Below, piece after piece: positions 1 to 12,198 of a DNA stretch of 64,000 nucleotides. The stretch is from Felis catus (lineage: Eukaryota), in assembly GCF_018350175.1 (NCBI RefSeq), contig NC_058368.1, positions 59,894,001 through 59,958,000 of the forward strand. The letters run 5' to 3'. The stretch's first letter is position 1, and every line of letters starts with the position of its first letter. Below the pieces are notes generated by a model, which worked only from the letters and a program-made list of their open reading frames with translations, was not told the DNA's origin and made no database searches. A program made the translations under genes and the position numbers.

Positions 1-290
1 TGCTCAGCTGCCTTTATTACAGTTTGATGCCATGTTCTAAATCCCATGGGGCTGGAAATGTTTTTATCTAGTAAGTAGACTTAAATAGTCTCAAACTGTG
101 TGAAAACAGGATCACAAATTTAAAAAGGAATAGATCCATGATTTCAAAAAAGCAAATATTCCTTGTCGATTTCATTTGAAGGAAGTGGTTTGATTTATGG
201 GTCCTGAAAACTTACTGATTACTCTGTGGTTTCCTTCCAGTACCTACTGTATGGCTAAATAGTCACCGTGGGAGCAGAAAAGCGAAGGCC

Positions 291-360
291 TCTGTGTCTC
301 CCTCTCTATCTGCCCCTCCTCTGCTCTCTCTCCCTCAAATATAAATAAACATTAACAAAA
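291..360 (+). mobile_element. 5'-truncated CanSINE (CT-rich body end plus A-rich tail)
   Basis: tctgtgtctccctctctatctgcccctcc...ataaataaacatt matches the 3' end of the other CanSINEs in this window. Confidence 0.75.
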
Positions 361-387
361 ATTTTAAAACATAAAACAAATAATTTT

Positions 388-525
388 AAAAGATTGAATC
401 ATATCATGTATCTTTTCTGACCACAATGATATGAAACTGGAAATCAATCACAAGAAAAAAACCTGGAAAGAACATAGCACAAATACATGAATGCTAAATA
501 GCATGATACTAAACATAAATGGTTG
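388..525 (+). mobile_element. LINE-1 ORF2 fragment (end of endonuclease domain)
   Basis: atcttttctgaccacaatgatatgaaactggaaatcaatcacaag (IFSDHNDMKLEINHK) is homologous to about 31755-31865 of the full-length L1 in this window. Confidence 0.85.
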
Positions 526-949
526 AACATTATAGTTTTTCAAGTTTTTAAGTCTAAGCAGTTAACAAAATAGTGAAATTACTAAAATGATCATTGTATC
601 CATATTTTTAAAAGGAAAGAGCTTTTGTATAAGCCAGTTCTCATTCTCCTACCCAATTTGTATCCACCATGCATTGGAGGTTTACAAATTCTTATTGTCA
701 AGTGTTCTGGATTATCGCCTCTTTGCTTACCATCAATGAGGTCTTACTTTTCAATTTCATCAATGCATCCAATTCCAGATTTAAGTTTTCAATATACATT
801 TCAGCTATTTCAAGTCTATTTTCAAATAACACTAGTCCACTTCATGGGTAATGTGAATACCTAGTAACAACATAATCTGACATTTTATTTCCTTACTGTT
901 ATAATTATTTTGAATAAACTGTTATTGGTTAGGTAAATTAAAGTAAGAA

Positions 950-1120
950 AATAAAAGAGGAGGCGGAGAGGAATGGGTGAGATAGGTGAAGGGGATTAAG
1001 AAAACACTTATTGGGAAGGTCCCTGAATAATGTATAGAATCATTATATCATTATAATGTACACCTGAGACTAATATAGCACTAATAGCGATTAAAATTGA
1101 ATACAAAAACAATGAAAAAT
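950..1120 (+). mobile_element. Carnivore L1 3' UTR fragment
   Basis: atgggtgagataggtgaaggggattaag...tgtacacctgagactaatat followed by an A-rich tail; similar to 35140-35290. Confidence 0.8.
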
Positions 1121-1524
1121 TAAGTTCTTTTTTTTTACTTCTTACTTCCTTGATGCTCTTTTCCAGTTTATGAACGCCCAAACTGAATATTTTATTATCC
1201 TTCTCTCTAAAGAACTTTTTTAAAACATTTCTTACAAAGCTAGTGTACTGACAACAAAGTGCTTCAATTTTGTCTGTCTGAGAAAGTCTTTATTTATCCT
1301 TCACACTTGAAAGGATGATTTTGTAATACACAGAATTCTTGGTTTAATTTTATTTCTCTCAATACTTTAAATATTTCACTCCACTGTCTTCTTGCTTGCA
1401 TGGTTTCTGAGGAAAAGTCAGAAGTAATTCTTATCTTTGTTCTTCTATATGTATGTTTTTTTTATCTCTGACTTCTTCCAGGTTTTTTTATCTTTGATTT
1501 TCTTTAGTTTCAAAATGATATGCT

Positions 1525-1529
<5 letters not shown>

Positions 1530-1576
<47 letters not shown>

Positions 1577-1582
1577 TATATA
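1530..1582. repeat. Compound (TA)n(CA)n microsatellite
   Basis: Read directly from the sequence. Confidence 0.95.
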
Positions 1583-2669
1583 TTTGCATTTATTCTTCCT
1601 GGTGTTTTCTGAGCCTCCTAGATATGTGTTTGGGTGTCTGATAATTTGGGAATCTGTTCTTTCCTTTCTTCTCCTTTGATATTCCCATTATGCATGCAGT
1701 ATACCTTTTGTAGGTGTCCCACTGTCCTTGGATATTCTGTTCTGATGTTATAGTCTCAGTTCTTTTTGCTTGTCAGTTTTGAGGATTCTACTGAAATATC
1801 CTGTAGCAGAGATTCTGTGTACAGCTGTGTACAGAGTACTAGTAAGCCCACAAAAAGTATTATTTACTTCTGTTTATGGGCTTTTTTTTTAATTCCTAGC
1901 ATTTCTTTTATGTTGTTTCTTAGAATATCCATCTCTCTGGTTACACTGTGCACCTTTTCTTGAGTATTGTCTATTTTATCCATTAAAACCCTCGTAATGT
2001 TAACCATAGTTGTTTTAAATATCTAGTTTGATAATTCCAACATCCTTGCCATGCCTTGTTCTGATGCTTGCTCTGTCTCTTCAAATTGTGTGTGGGAGGG
2101 GTTGGCTTTTGGTCTACCTTGCAATTTTTTTTTCTTAATAGTCATATGTGATGTGCTGTTTAAAAATAACTGCTGTAAAAAGACCTTTAGTAATGTGTTG
2201 CTGATGTGTAAATTTGGGGAAGTGTTCTATATTCCTATGATTTAGCTACTAGTCTTTTAGTGAGGTTATGCCTCAGGACCATGAATTGCACAAGTTTCTC
2301 AATCTTTTTCCTTTCCCCTTAAGTAGGAGAGGATGGCTCAAGTGGGTGGGAGTCTCTAGTAATTCATCAATTACCGTTCAGATTTTCCTGCCCTAGCACT
2401 GGTTCCTGCAATGATTTTCACTCCCAAGTCCCTGCTTTGGTAAAATGTGATTCCCTTTATCTGCTTGTCTGTCTCTCCAATCTTGGAGGTAGGGATTGCT
2501 TTGTGTCTTCTCCTCTTTTGTGGATCTGTGAGTAGTTACTGATTTTTCACTCTGCTTGTCTTTTCCCTTGTTTTTATGACAGAGTGGTAACTTCCATGCT
2601 TCTTATAGAACTGGAAAGCATAGTCTCTAACTTCATTTCAAGTTGCCCAGCATTGCAGAATTTTAGCAG

Positions 2670-3170
2670 AACAGTGACTTGATATGTTTTAAAAGAGACA
2701 TTTCTGATTGTCATACTAAGAATAAACTGTCAAGTAGCAAGAGTAGAAGCCAGAAATCAGTTAGGAGGTTACTTCCAGTAATCCAAGACAGAATAGGTAT
2801 GATTTGAATGACATTTGAAACTGTGAGCATAGTTAGAATAGAATAAATTAGGACAAAAGTTTTGGGAAAATATATTTTCCTGAAGTAAGTGAAAGGAAAA
2901 AAAAATCACCTTGATGAAATTAGGTATCATCAGGTGTAGATGGTTTTTAAATATGTAAGACTAATAAAATCATCAAAGATTAAATGTAATTAGAGAAGTG
3001 AACAGTACCAGAGAACTGAGACTTGGGGATACTTAAAAGAAAACTAAAAAGCTGGGAAGAAGGGTAGGAACTTATAAAGCAGAATAAGAATTGCTGTCAG
3101 TGAGATAAGAAGAAATCCAAGAAAATGTGTGTCACAAACATTTTAAATGGCATCAGATGCTGAAAAACCA
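2670..3170 (-). mobile_element. LINE-2 fragment
   Basis: tgacttgatatgttttaaaagag...agtagaagccagaaatcagttaggaggttacttccagtaatccaag resembles the L2 consensus read in reverse. Confidence 0.65.
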
Positions 3171-3879
3171 CATTGGGAAATAATTAGTTATTATCTTGTA
3201 CATATGAGCATTCACAGATCTTATGATCCAACATTATCATTCTCAGATGTGCTACAGAGAGATACTTTTGCATATGTATTCTAGAAAATTTATATATAAT
3301 TGCTAAAACTGGGACTCTTTAAAACAATGTAAACATGAAATAACCCACACTCACTAAAAAAAATAAATTCATTATCATATAGTTATACAATAGAATATTA
3401 TCCTAGAGTAAAATTACATAAACTTCGGTTATATAGAAAATATTGATAAATGTTATCAATGTAATAAATCAAAATAAATCTCAGAACATAACATTCAGAA
3501 TGATACTCTTTTTAATGAAATTTATAGTATCAACTTTTTTTAGAAATGTGCGTGTTTGCATGTGGGTGTGTATTTATATAAAAGAAAGGAAATGATAAAG
3601 CAAAACAGTATCCTTGGATGAACAGGGTAGAAAGAAACACTCAGGCAGTTCAAGTTATCATCAATATTCCAGCTCTTGAATAATGTACTGGCCTTATGAA
3701 TGTGTAATATATTGTTAAAATGAATTAATTAATACATGATGTATAAAAAGACATGAGTAAACCAATAATAAGAATGCATGCTGATACAGGGATAATAGCA
3801 GATCCACTTTTGTACAAATGAGATTAAAATGAATCATTTCATGCAACTAAATAGAAGAAAAACAAGCAATACAACAACA

Positions 3880-4760
3880 CCAGAAATGGACAAAGACATG
3901 AAAACTAATTTACTTAAAGAGGAAACAACTTGGCAAATAAGCAGCTGAAAACATTATTATTAAATAAGAAGGAGGCGCCTGGGTGGCTTAGTCAGTTGGG
4001 CGTCCGACTTCGGCTCAGGTCATGATCTCACGGTTTGTGAGTTCGAGCCCCGCGTCAGGCTCTGTGCTGACAGCTCGGAGCCTGGAGCCTGCTTTGGATT
4101 CTGTGTCTCCACCTCTCTCTGCCCCTCTCATGCTCATGCTCTGTCTCTCTGTGTCTCTCAATAATAAAGAAAAAAAAAGTTAAATAAGAAGAAAAATTAA
4201 AGCCATGAAAAAAAATAAGCCCATACCTACCAACTTGGCAGATATGTTGAAGTCGAAGTGTTCATGATGATATCGAATAATAGGAATTATAATAAAATAT
4301 GTGTTTGAATTAAAATTAGAATAATTTTGACAAAAATTGTCTTATAAATTTACACATGTGGATTATAAATTATGACTGACCCAGCGTTCCTCCTTTAGTT
4401 AAAAATTCTAAGGAAGTTCCTTGATAGTTACATCAGAAAGAATATTAATATCAACACTGGCTATGATTTGGGCAAAAAAAGTAGAAGAAAGCAAATGCTC
4501 AGGAGACAGGAGAATGAATAAATAGGTTGTAGCACATTCATGCAATGACTCAATTTATTGGAATGAAATTGAGAAATTATCTCCACATATAACCTGGATG
4601 GATATCGCAAAATAGCACTGACACCAAAAATATTCAAATTCATTATGATAAATTTATATACAATAAGGATAAACAAGGATATGATAAAGATGACATTTGG
4701 AATAACGTGTATTCTTGGGAGGTGAATGTGTTTGAGGAATTAGTAGGGGCTAACACTAAT
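3880..4760 (+). mobile_element. Ancient L1ME-like 3' fragment interrupted by a SINE
   Basis: aaatggacaaagacatgaaaactaatttacttaaagaggaaac... is the L1 ORF2 3' 'KWAKDMNRHF' region, heavily decayed. Confidence 0.55.
3972..4179 (+). mobile_element. CanSINE (SINEC_Fc-type)
   Basis: tRNA-derived head, CT tract and A tail; TSD ttaaataagaag at 3960-3971 and 4180-4191. Confidence 0.97.
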
Positions 4761-4943
4761 AGTAATATTTAATTTTATTTCTTTTAATGGAAAGTACACA
4801 GATGGTGTGTGTGTATGTGTGTGCATGTCAGTTTCACAATAAAAATGGTATATTAAAAGAAAGGTGTTTATAAAACGAGGAGTGGTCAAATTTGTCATAG
4901 ACAGCTAATAACTTCAATAAGTTAAGAAAATGATTCATATACT

Positions 4944-5147
4944 TTAAGTTTATTTATTTACTTTTAGAGAGGGAGAACATGAACAGAGAAGGGGCAGAGA
5001 GAAAAAGGGGGAGAGAGAGAATCCCAAGCAGGCTCTGCACTGTCAGCACAGAACCTGACATGGGCCTCGGACCCACAAACCATGAAATCATGACTTGAGC
5101 CAGAATCAAGAGTTGGATGCTTAACCAACTGAGCCACCCAGGGTCCC
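4944..5147 (-). mobile_element. CanSINE
   Basis: Reverse CanSINE; diverged TSD tgattcatatacttt / tgattgatatatttt. Confidence 0.95.
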
Positions 5148-5829
5148 TGATTGATATATTTTATTTACAATAAGGTAATGGATGACTTTAACAGAAGGGG
5201 ATTTGTTCAAGTTGTGGGAATTAAAGCATTGGATTTAAGAGAGTGAGTTCTAAAGAGAAGAACATGAAGGTGTTTGTAACTTTAGACTCCTTTCCTTAGT
5301 TTGTTGCAAAAGGAAAAGGAGAACGGGCAGTAGGTGATGGGGAATGTAGGGGCAAAATAGATTGCTTTGTTCTTCCTATAAGTTTTTAAAAGAATAAATG
5401 TTGTAGCATGTTTCTACGGATCATGTTAAGAACAAGAAACTTCTGATGCAGAGAATTTAAGACACAACTGCATGTGTGGAGTCTTTGACTAGGTGAGTAA
5501 AATCGGGATGCTATGGACAAGATAGGCAAATGGTGGGTTATCCAGGGAGAGTGCATGAAAGCTGATCCATAGAGACATTTAGTGATCAGTTCATGAGAAA
5601 CCTCTCTCATAATTGCCCTTTCAATTTCAGCAAAATAAAATGTAGGGTCATTCATCAGCTGAGAGGAAGGAAAGAGTCTATCAGACTTCAAGACAGAGGA
5701 GAAGACATGGATTAATTTTCCTGTGTCATGATGGATGGAATCATTCTGAACTGTTGTAGGATTTCCACCCACTTCTTAAAGACTACTCTGAGGTTGTGGT
5801 CATTACTTTAAAATGAGACATATCAACAT

Positions 5830-5831
<2 letters not shown>

Positions 5832-5877
<46 letters not shown>
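5832..5877. repeat. (GT)n microsatellite
   Basis: Read directly from the sequence. Confidence 0.97.
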
Positions 5878-5879
<2 letters not shown>

Positions 5880-6348
5880 TTTCTCAAGTGCTGGTTCTTA
5901 AGGCAGTAAAACAGAGAGAAATTTAACCAGATTTAGAATTTAGACTAATGAGAAAAAAGAGAGTCAACAGTATTAAAAATGAATGCAAGAGATAATTATA
6001 ATGAGCCATGAAATATAAGATGAGTAAGAAAGGATACGGTTATGAAAAACCAAGGAACAATGTACTGTAAATACAAAAGTTCTAAGAGAGCTTCTGGAAT
6101 TGAAGTACAAGAGAAACAGATAAAACTGTGTGGTTCCAAGAGAGTAGAAGGACAGTTTATCTTTGAACAGCTGGGAATGTTTTGGTATAACATTGGGTAA
6201 TACTTGTGGGTTGGGAGGAATGTTTTGTGCAATACAGGATGATTTCTATCAATAAATATCTGTAAATTATAAGATTAAATAGAGTAAATAATAGCTCATT
6301 TTTGGGAAATAAAAATTCATTTCCAAAATATAATGACATTTTCCCTTA

Positions 6349-6555
6349 TTTGTTTCAAGTTTTTATTTACGTTCTAGTTGGTTAACATATAGTGTAATAT
6401 TAGTTTCAAGAGTAGAATTTAGTGATTCATCACTTATATTTAACACCCAGTGCTCATCACAATAATTGCTCTCCTTAATCATCACCCATTTAGCCCATCT
6501 TCCCACACTCCATCCCTCCAGTAACCTTCAGTTTGCTCTCTATATTTGAGTCTGT
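6349..6555 (-). mobile_element. 5'-truncated carnivore L1 3' end
   Basis: gttaacatatagtgtaatattagtttcaagagtagaatttagtgattcatcactt... is the reverse L1_Carn-type 3' UTR; flanked by a ttttccctta direct repeat (about 6339 and 6556). Confidence 0.9.
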
Positions 6556-6918
6556 TTTTCCCTTACTTTGTATATGAGAGTGAAAGATCATGTAAAATTG
6601 TGATAGATCAACAAGACTACATATTCCCAAGCATTTCACCTGTCCACATATTTTTATATATATCCATCAGTCAATCAAATGTCATCTTTTATGGCTGCCT
6701 AAACTAACATATTTACTACTGTCTATGGCATGAAAAAAAATCAACCAATGGCAGAAAGTTTATGAATACCATTTTTCCCAGAAAGAATATTTAGTATGTG
6801 CATTTGGTTTCTTTTTAAATAGTTGTGAACTACATTTGGTTTTATTTCATGAATTTTTGAAGTTTTTATTCACTGTCAATTATTATTTTATTTTGTTGCA
6901 ATTTATGTGTTTTGAAAG

Positions 6919-7077
6919 ACACCTAATAGTCCTTGTGGAAATAAGTAAAACTAAAACTTCTTATGTTTGCTCGAGTGATTCACTTTTCAAAGATGTTATT
7001 ACCAAAGATAATGTATTTTATGCAGACTTACCAGAAAGCAACTGTTCAGTGAATAACAAGATTATGCCAATTTACTG
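6919..7077 (+). CDS. Candidate internal coding exon (159 nt, phase 2/2): (R)HLIVLVEISKTKTSYVCSSDSLFKDVITKDNVFYADLPESNCSVNNKIMPIY(TG)
   Basis: T-rich tract and AG ending at 6918; donor TG|GTAAGT at 7078; length divisible by 3, stop-free, non-repetitive, protein-like composition. Gene not recognised. Confidence 0.55.
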
Positions 7078-7759
7078 GTAAGTGTATTTAATCTTTTAAT
7101 ATAACTTGATATTTCATTGAAGGGAATGTACTTTTTAAAAAATTATCACTGTGACAACAACCAAATAATCTTTGATTTTTTTTACTGTACCTTGCAATAA
7201 ATTTTATTTACTGAAAGACAACAATTGAATAACAAATATAAAAAAGAGATTTAGCAAAGCTTTAGAACATTTTTATGAAAATTCATATAACCTACAACTT
7301 TAGGGTAACATGTAGAAAATTGTGCCATTTTATACCATTCTATTCTCATTAAATACTGACAAATATTTGTTTAGAAAATTTAATGATTCATAATATATTC
7401 ATGAAATATCAAAAACATAAATGTGGGATTATAATTAGACATTACTAAGATTAAATTACAAATAAAAACTATCAAATGAGTATATTTTTATAGAATGATT
7501 TAAACTTTCAGCAAATGCATTTTTAACAATTACTCTCCCAGAGTAATATTTGAAAGTGTAAAGTAAAAACAAAACAAACAAAAAAAATGGGGGCGTTTAA
7601 TAATTTTCGTAAGGCAAGAAATACATTTTATTCCCAATATTCTTAGAAGTTTTAAAGCTTTCATTACTTATTTCTCACCTTTTTTGTTGTTATTATTGCT
7701 AAAAATTGAAATTTATATTATTGAACCTAGCTATCCTTTATATACTTTGTGGAGAAGTC

Positions 7760-8280
7760 AACTGATACATCTTAAATTGTGGTTTAATTTTCAAATTGAC
7801 CTTCAAAAAGTGGCAATACTTTAAATCCCCATGGATGTGTGTGTCAGAGCGTATTTTCTCCTTGTTCTCTCATTTTTAAATTTGCATTTACCTAATTACA
7901 GTGAGCTCAAAGTCACTTTAAGTATTTATGTGCTATTGGCATTTCTCTCTTTGTGAAATAACTTTTAGACACTCAGCACTTTTTTTTAATGGGCTGTCTT
8001 TTACTTATTGATTTATATTTTTAATTTGATACCACTGTCAATGTTTTGTCTCTAACTATATCTCCAATAGCTCTTATAATTTATGCTTAAATTTTAAATA
8101 TATTTGTAATACAGTATTTTTAAAATCTGTTGCAATGAGATCAGATTTTCTGTTTGGAGTCTAGGTTTTTCTAGGTCAGAGTTTGTATCTCACCTGAGAA
8201 TTTTCCCTATCACAAATTATAAAACATAATTTTAATGTTCCCCTGTATTTTTTTCCTGCATTCATTTTGGATAAGCTACT
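7760..8280 (-). mobile_element. Ancient L1M fragment
   Basis: tattggcatttctctctttgtgaaata...ttttttaatgggctgtcttttacttattgattt is a typical reverse L1 ORF2 3' motif. Confidence 0.55.
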
Positions 8281-8958
8281 TAACTAAAATTAATTTTGAA
8301 TTTAATTAATTTTAAATACATTATGAAATAGTAAGTAAAAATTACCTTTCTGTGACCAATTTCCCAAAAATTATTAATATGATAATCCCAAATTATTAAT
8401 ATAATAATATACACAATCTGAGTTTATGAGTAAATATGTGTTATAAGTTATTCAGTATAAATTAGTGTTTTTTTAATACTTGTATTCTATTTAGAAGCTA
8501 TTTATGTCTAGAACAATCTGATATTGATGGAATGTCATTTAAGTCTTATTTTTTTTCTTTCCAAATTTTAACCTGCAGATACAATTTCTTCACAGTTTTT
8601 TAGTGTACCCTCAGAGGGTAATATCATATTTTCTAAATATTTTTGCTATCTAGTAACATTACATCTGTCTTTATTTGTCAAATTGATCAATTTTATTATG
8701 ACTGATTGAATTAGATATTCTTGGCCAATTTTCTTTCCAATGTCTACTTCTTAAATTAATTCATAAAATTTGAATTTTGTGGCTACTATATTCTAGATGC
8801 ATTTATGTGTTTGAGATTGCTCATATATTGCAAAAGACAAATATCTGTGCCATTCTAGGAGCTTATATTTTAGTAGCAATAGAAAGTGCAAACAGGAATA
8901 ATAAATGAGTTATTAATATTGTATATTAGAACACAGCATGTGCTATGAAGGAAGAAAT

Positions 8959-9018
8959 ATACATACATACATACATACATACATACGTAAATACAAACAC
9001 ACACATATGCAAACACAT
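8959..9018. repeat. (TACA)n/(CA)n low-complexity repeat
   Basis: Read directly from the sequence. Confidence 0.85.
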
Positions 9019-9144
9019 ACCTTAGTAAGGTATATTTACAATTGGATTGCTTGAGAACACATTGCAACTTTAAATTTAGTTTGTGTTGATAATAGTTCTC
9101 TGATAAATAAAAGATTTGAGGGAAGTCTCGAGGATAAAGCTGAT

Positions 9145-9238
9145 GACAAATATAGCAATAAAAGTATGAGACTCACAGATAAACTTGAATTTCCGATGAA
9201 CAACAAACATTTTTACTACAACTATATCCCAGGTATAT
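9145..9238. mobile_element. MER53-like hAT MITE half
   Basis: tagcaataaaagtatgagactcacagataaacttgaatttccgatgaacaacaaacattttt...tatatccca resembles one arm of the palindromic MER53 consensus. Confidence 0.5.
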
Positions 9239-9614
9239 TCCTATTTTGGAAACCAAGATATATAAACTCATAAAGCTTAAAGTTATGGCATAGGAATCAA
9301 CAATTCTGTAAGTAGTTATTAGTATAATAGTAAATGAAGCCATATCTACTTCTACCTTTTGATTCTAAATCCATGTATTTTTTGATATTGTTGTAATAGC
9401 ACCATATTTATTTGCTCTTTCAAGCGTTTGTAATGCATCCTGTAGAACCCCATTAGATATAATCCCATTTTTTCAATATATAATTTCTCAGCTGGTACTA
9501 TACCTAAGTCTTCAATAGGCCATCCCACTGTTACCTTAGCCAGGTTATTTTGGCTGATTGGGTATGTAGTAAGACAAGTGAATTCCAAGTCCATGAAACT
9601 ATTACCTCACTTTC

Positions 9615-9837
9615 TTTCTTTTTTTTTAAATCTTTTTAATATTTGTTAATCTTTTTTAAGAGAAAGTGAGAGAGAGAAACAGAGTGTGACTGGGGGAGGG
9701 ACAGAGAGAGAGGGAGACACAGAATCTGAAGCAAGCTCCAGGCTCTGAGCTGTCACCACAGAGCCTGATGCAGGGCTTGAACTCACAAACCGAGATCATG
9801 ACTATATGCTTAATCGACTGAGTCACCCCAGAGCCCC
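9615..9837 (-). mobile_element. CanSINE inserted in the ERVL integrase
   Basis: Reverse CanSINE with poly-T, GA tract and a partly deleted head. Confidence 0.93.
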
Positions 9838-10279
9838 TCTATTTTTTTTAATTATGAAATGAGTTCTTTGATATGAAGAATTATTGTGTGGAATATGATG
9901 ATAAATTGAGGATTTCATATATTCATGGATCATGGTGCCAGAAAGCATTAGAATCAGGGAATGCATATTTGTATCCTGAATACATGTCCATTCTAGTGAG
10001 GACAGATCAATGCCTACACCATGATAAAAACGGTTCAATGTAATCCATCTGACACAAAGTGCTGCCTGGACCGTCTGGGGAATATTGACATGTTGTATCA
10101 CTATTGACAGGTAAGGCACATAGCAGTTACATATTAGCCTTCATTAGAGGAAGACCATGTTGTTGAGCCTATGGATAATCTTCCCTGTCATCATGACCAT
10201 TTTGTACATGAAGCAAGCATTATATTGACCGGGAAATGGAGCTGCTTGGTCTCCCCATAACATGTTATCTTGTCCACTT

Positions 10280-10718
10280 TGTGATACTTAATTTTATGTG
10301 TCAACTTAGCTGGATTAGACAATGCCCAGATATTAGAATAATCAATATTCCTGGGTGTGTCTGTGGGGTGTTCTGGAGGGAGATTGTCATTTGAATCAGT
10401 CAACTGACTGGGGAGGATATTGCCCTCCGCAATGTGAGTGGCATCACCTAATCCGTTGAGGGCCCATATAGAACAAAAATGTGGAGGAAGGGAAGATTAC
10501 TCTTTGCCTGACTGATTGAGCTGTAACATCTGTCTTTTGCAATTCGTGCTCCTGGTTTTCAGGACTTGAAACTCCAACACTGGCCTTCCTAGGTCTCCAG
10601 CTTGCAGAAGGCAAATCATGGGACTTCTTAGCTTACATAATCATATGAACCTGTACCTTCTAATAATTCTCTTTGCATATATTCCTATAGGTTCTGTTTC
10701 TCTGAAAACCCTGACTAT
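10280..10718 (+). mobile_element. MLT2-type (ERVL) solo LTR
   Basis: Starts tgtgatacttaattttatgtgtcaactt and ends ggttctgtttctctgaaaaccctgact, the characteristic MLT2 termini. Confidence 0.9.
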
Positions 10719-11400
10719 TGAACCACCTCATTATGGGATCATCCTCTGCATTTGATGCCCTTTGAAGAATATTCACTTGAGATACAAATATCTTCATAGT
10801 CTTTGCCCAGGTGGAGAGGCTCAGATATATATCTCTTCCCCAGATCACCTTTTTAGGAATCTTTCAATTCTGTTTTTTCCAAGCAGCCAAAATATTAGCA
10901 ACGGTATATTAATTGGGATTGATCTGTATTGCTGACTATATATAGGTTCAGACAAAGTGGACAACCAAATTCACCACTGGCCTTTGGTAACAATATAGTA
11001 CTAAGTAGATCTCTAATATTGCAACCACTGCCTTCTGTCTGCTCCCGTCTTATCTTGTGGAATTGTTGTAAACAAGGTCTGAGATTTTCCTCCTCAGTAA
11101 ACTGATTATAAGAAACTTTCCTTGACATTACAGGTGTAGATTTAGGGAGAGAAGGCAATGCTGTGTTGAAGGAATTTAAGCCACTAACCACACAATACTT
11201 GTGTCTGAACTTTTCATACCATTTCCACTTCATGTTACATTATTGCTGAACACTCCGTCTTTATGACTTTTTGTGTCAGACAACATCAAGTTCATAATGA
11301 ATAGTTCTGGATGGATGGTACTTTGTATCCCACTATTAGGCATTTCATCTTTACCTGGTTATAGTAGCATGGCAGTCTTTTTCTCAAAAATATAATAATC

Positions 11401-11620
11401 TAAATTTTTAAAAGTTTTTATTTATTATTGAGAGAGAGAGAGAGACAGAAATTGAATGCGGGAAGGGCAAACAAAGAGAGAGACACAAAATCCAAAGCAG
11501 GCTTCAGGCTCTGAGTTGTCAGCACAGATCCCAATGTGGGGCTTGAACTCTTCACGAACCCTGAGGTCATGACCTGAGCTGAAGTTGGGCACTTAACTGA
11601 CTGAGCCGTCAAGGCACCCC
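11401..11620 (-). mobile_element. CanSINE inserted in ERVL pol
   Basis: Reverse CanSINE; diverged TSD tcaaaaatataataat / tcaaaaagatagtaat. Confidence 0.95.
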
Positions 11621-12102
11621 TCAAAAAGATAGTAATTGTTGGCAAACGAGGGAATGGATAAACATCAGAACCTTAGAGGTCAGTGCAGTGGTTTTTCCAT
11701 TGGTACCTGTGTGATGCTTCATGCAGTATCCTTTTTATGACAGATTCTTTAGACAGATTTTAGACAGATCTGCTGGGTTATGACAACCAAGAAGAACAAT
11801 AGAGTGCAGTGAAGCCTAAATGGACTGCAGCGATTCTTCCTGCTCTCCTCCCTGGTCAAAACTAGCATATTTAAGGTTTCCATAGTAAATGCTCTACTCA
11901 AATGTGTGGAACAGTTCTACTATATTCAAAAAATCCCACTGAGAATTATGACTCTTTCTTAACATTACGTGGTGCAAGGTTATCTGCCTTTCACCACGGA
12001 GGGTATATATTGACTCTTATTAGCATAGTAATCTTTACAAACATCAACTAAAGTGGACCATGAATTGTTTAATTTTTGTTTGATTTATTTATAATTATTA
12101 GG

Positions 12103-12103
12103 A

Positions 12104-12134
<31 letters not shown>

Positions 12135-12198
12135 TATGTTTCTATATTATATATAGTAATATATATACATAAAATATGTGTATATACACTCACATATA
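12103..12198. repeat. (TA)n/(CA)n low-complexity tract
   Basis: Read directly from the sequence. Confidence 0.8.

Larger units (their letters stand above)
790..2620 (-). mobile_element. Old L1M element, 5'UTR/ORF1 region, interrupted by a carnivore L1 3' end and a microsatellite
   Basis: Reverse ORF1-type motifs such as aacatttcttacaaagctag...tgagaaagtctttattt...ccactgtcttcttgcttgcatggtttctgaggaaaagtc. Confidence 0.7.
9290..12010 (-). pseudogene. Decayed ERVL-class pol (RT C-terminus/connection, RNase H, integrase), interrupted by two SINEs and an MLT2 LTR
   Basis: Minus-strand peptides match recalled HERVL-type Pol: IWGRDIYLSLSTWAKTMKIFVSQVN (RNase H), MKWKWY and SYNQFTEEE (connection), HHIPHNNSSYQRTHF (integrase 'HGIPHSIASDQGTHF'), GIHLSYY (integrase 'GIHWSYH'). 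Many stops and frameshifts. Confidence 0.88.

Noticed and set aside
3972..4080. tRNA-like A/B boxes (gagttcgagccc) as tRNA genes
   Set aside because: They are the tRNA-derived heads of CanSINEs, followed by CT tract, A tail and TSDs
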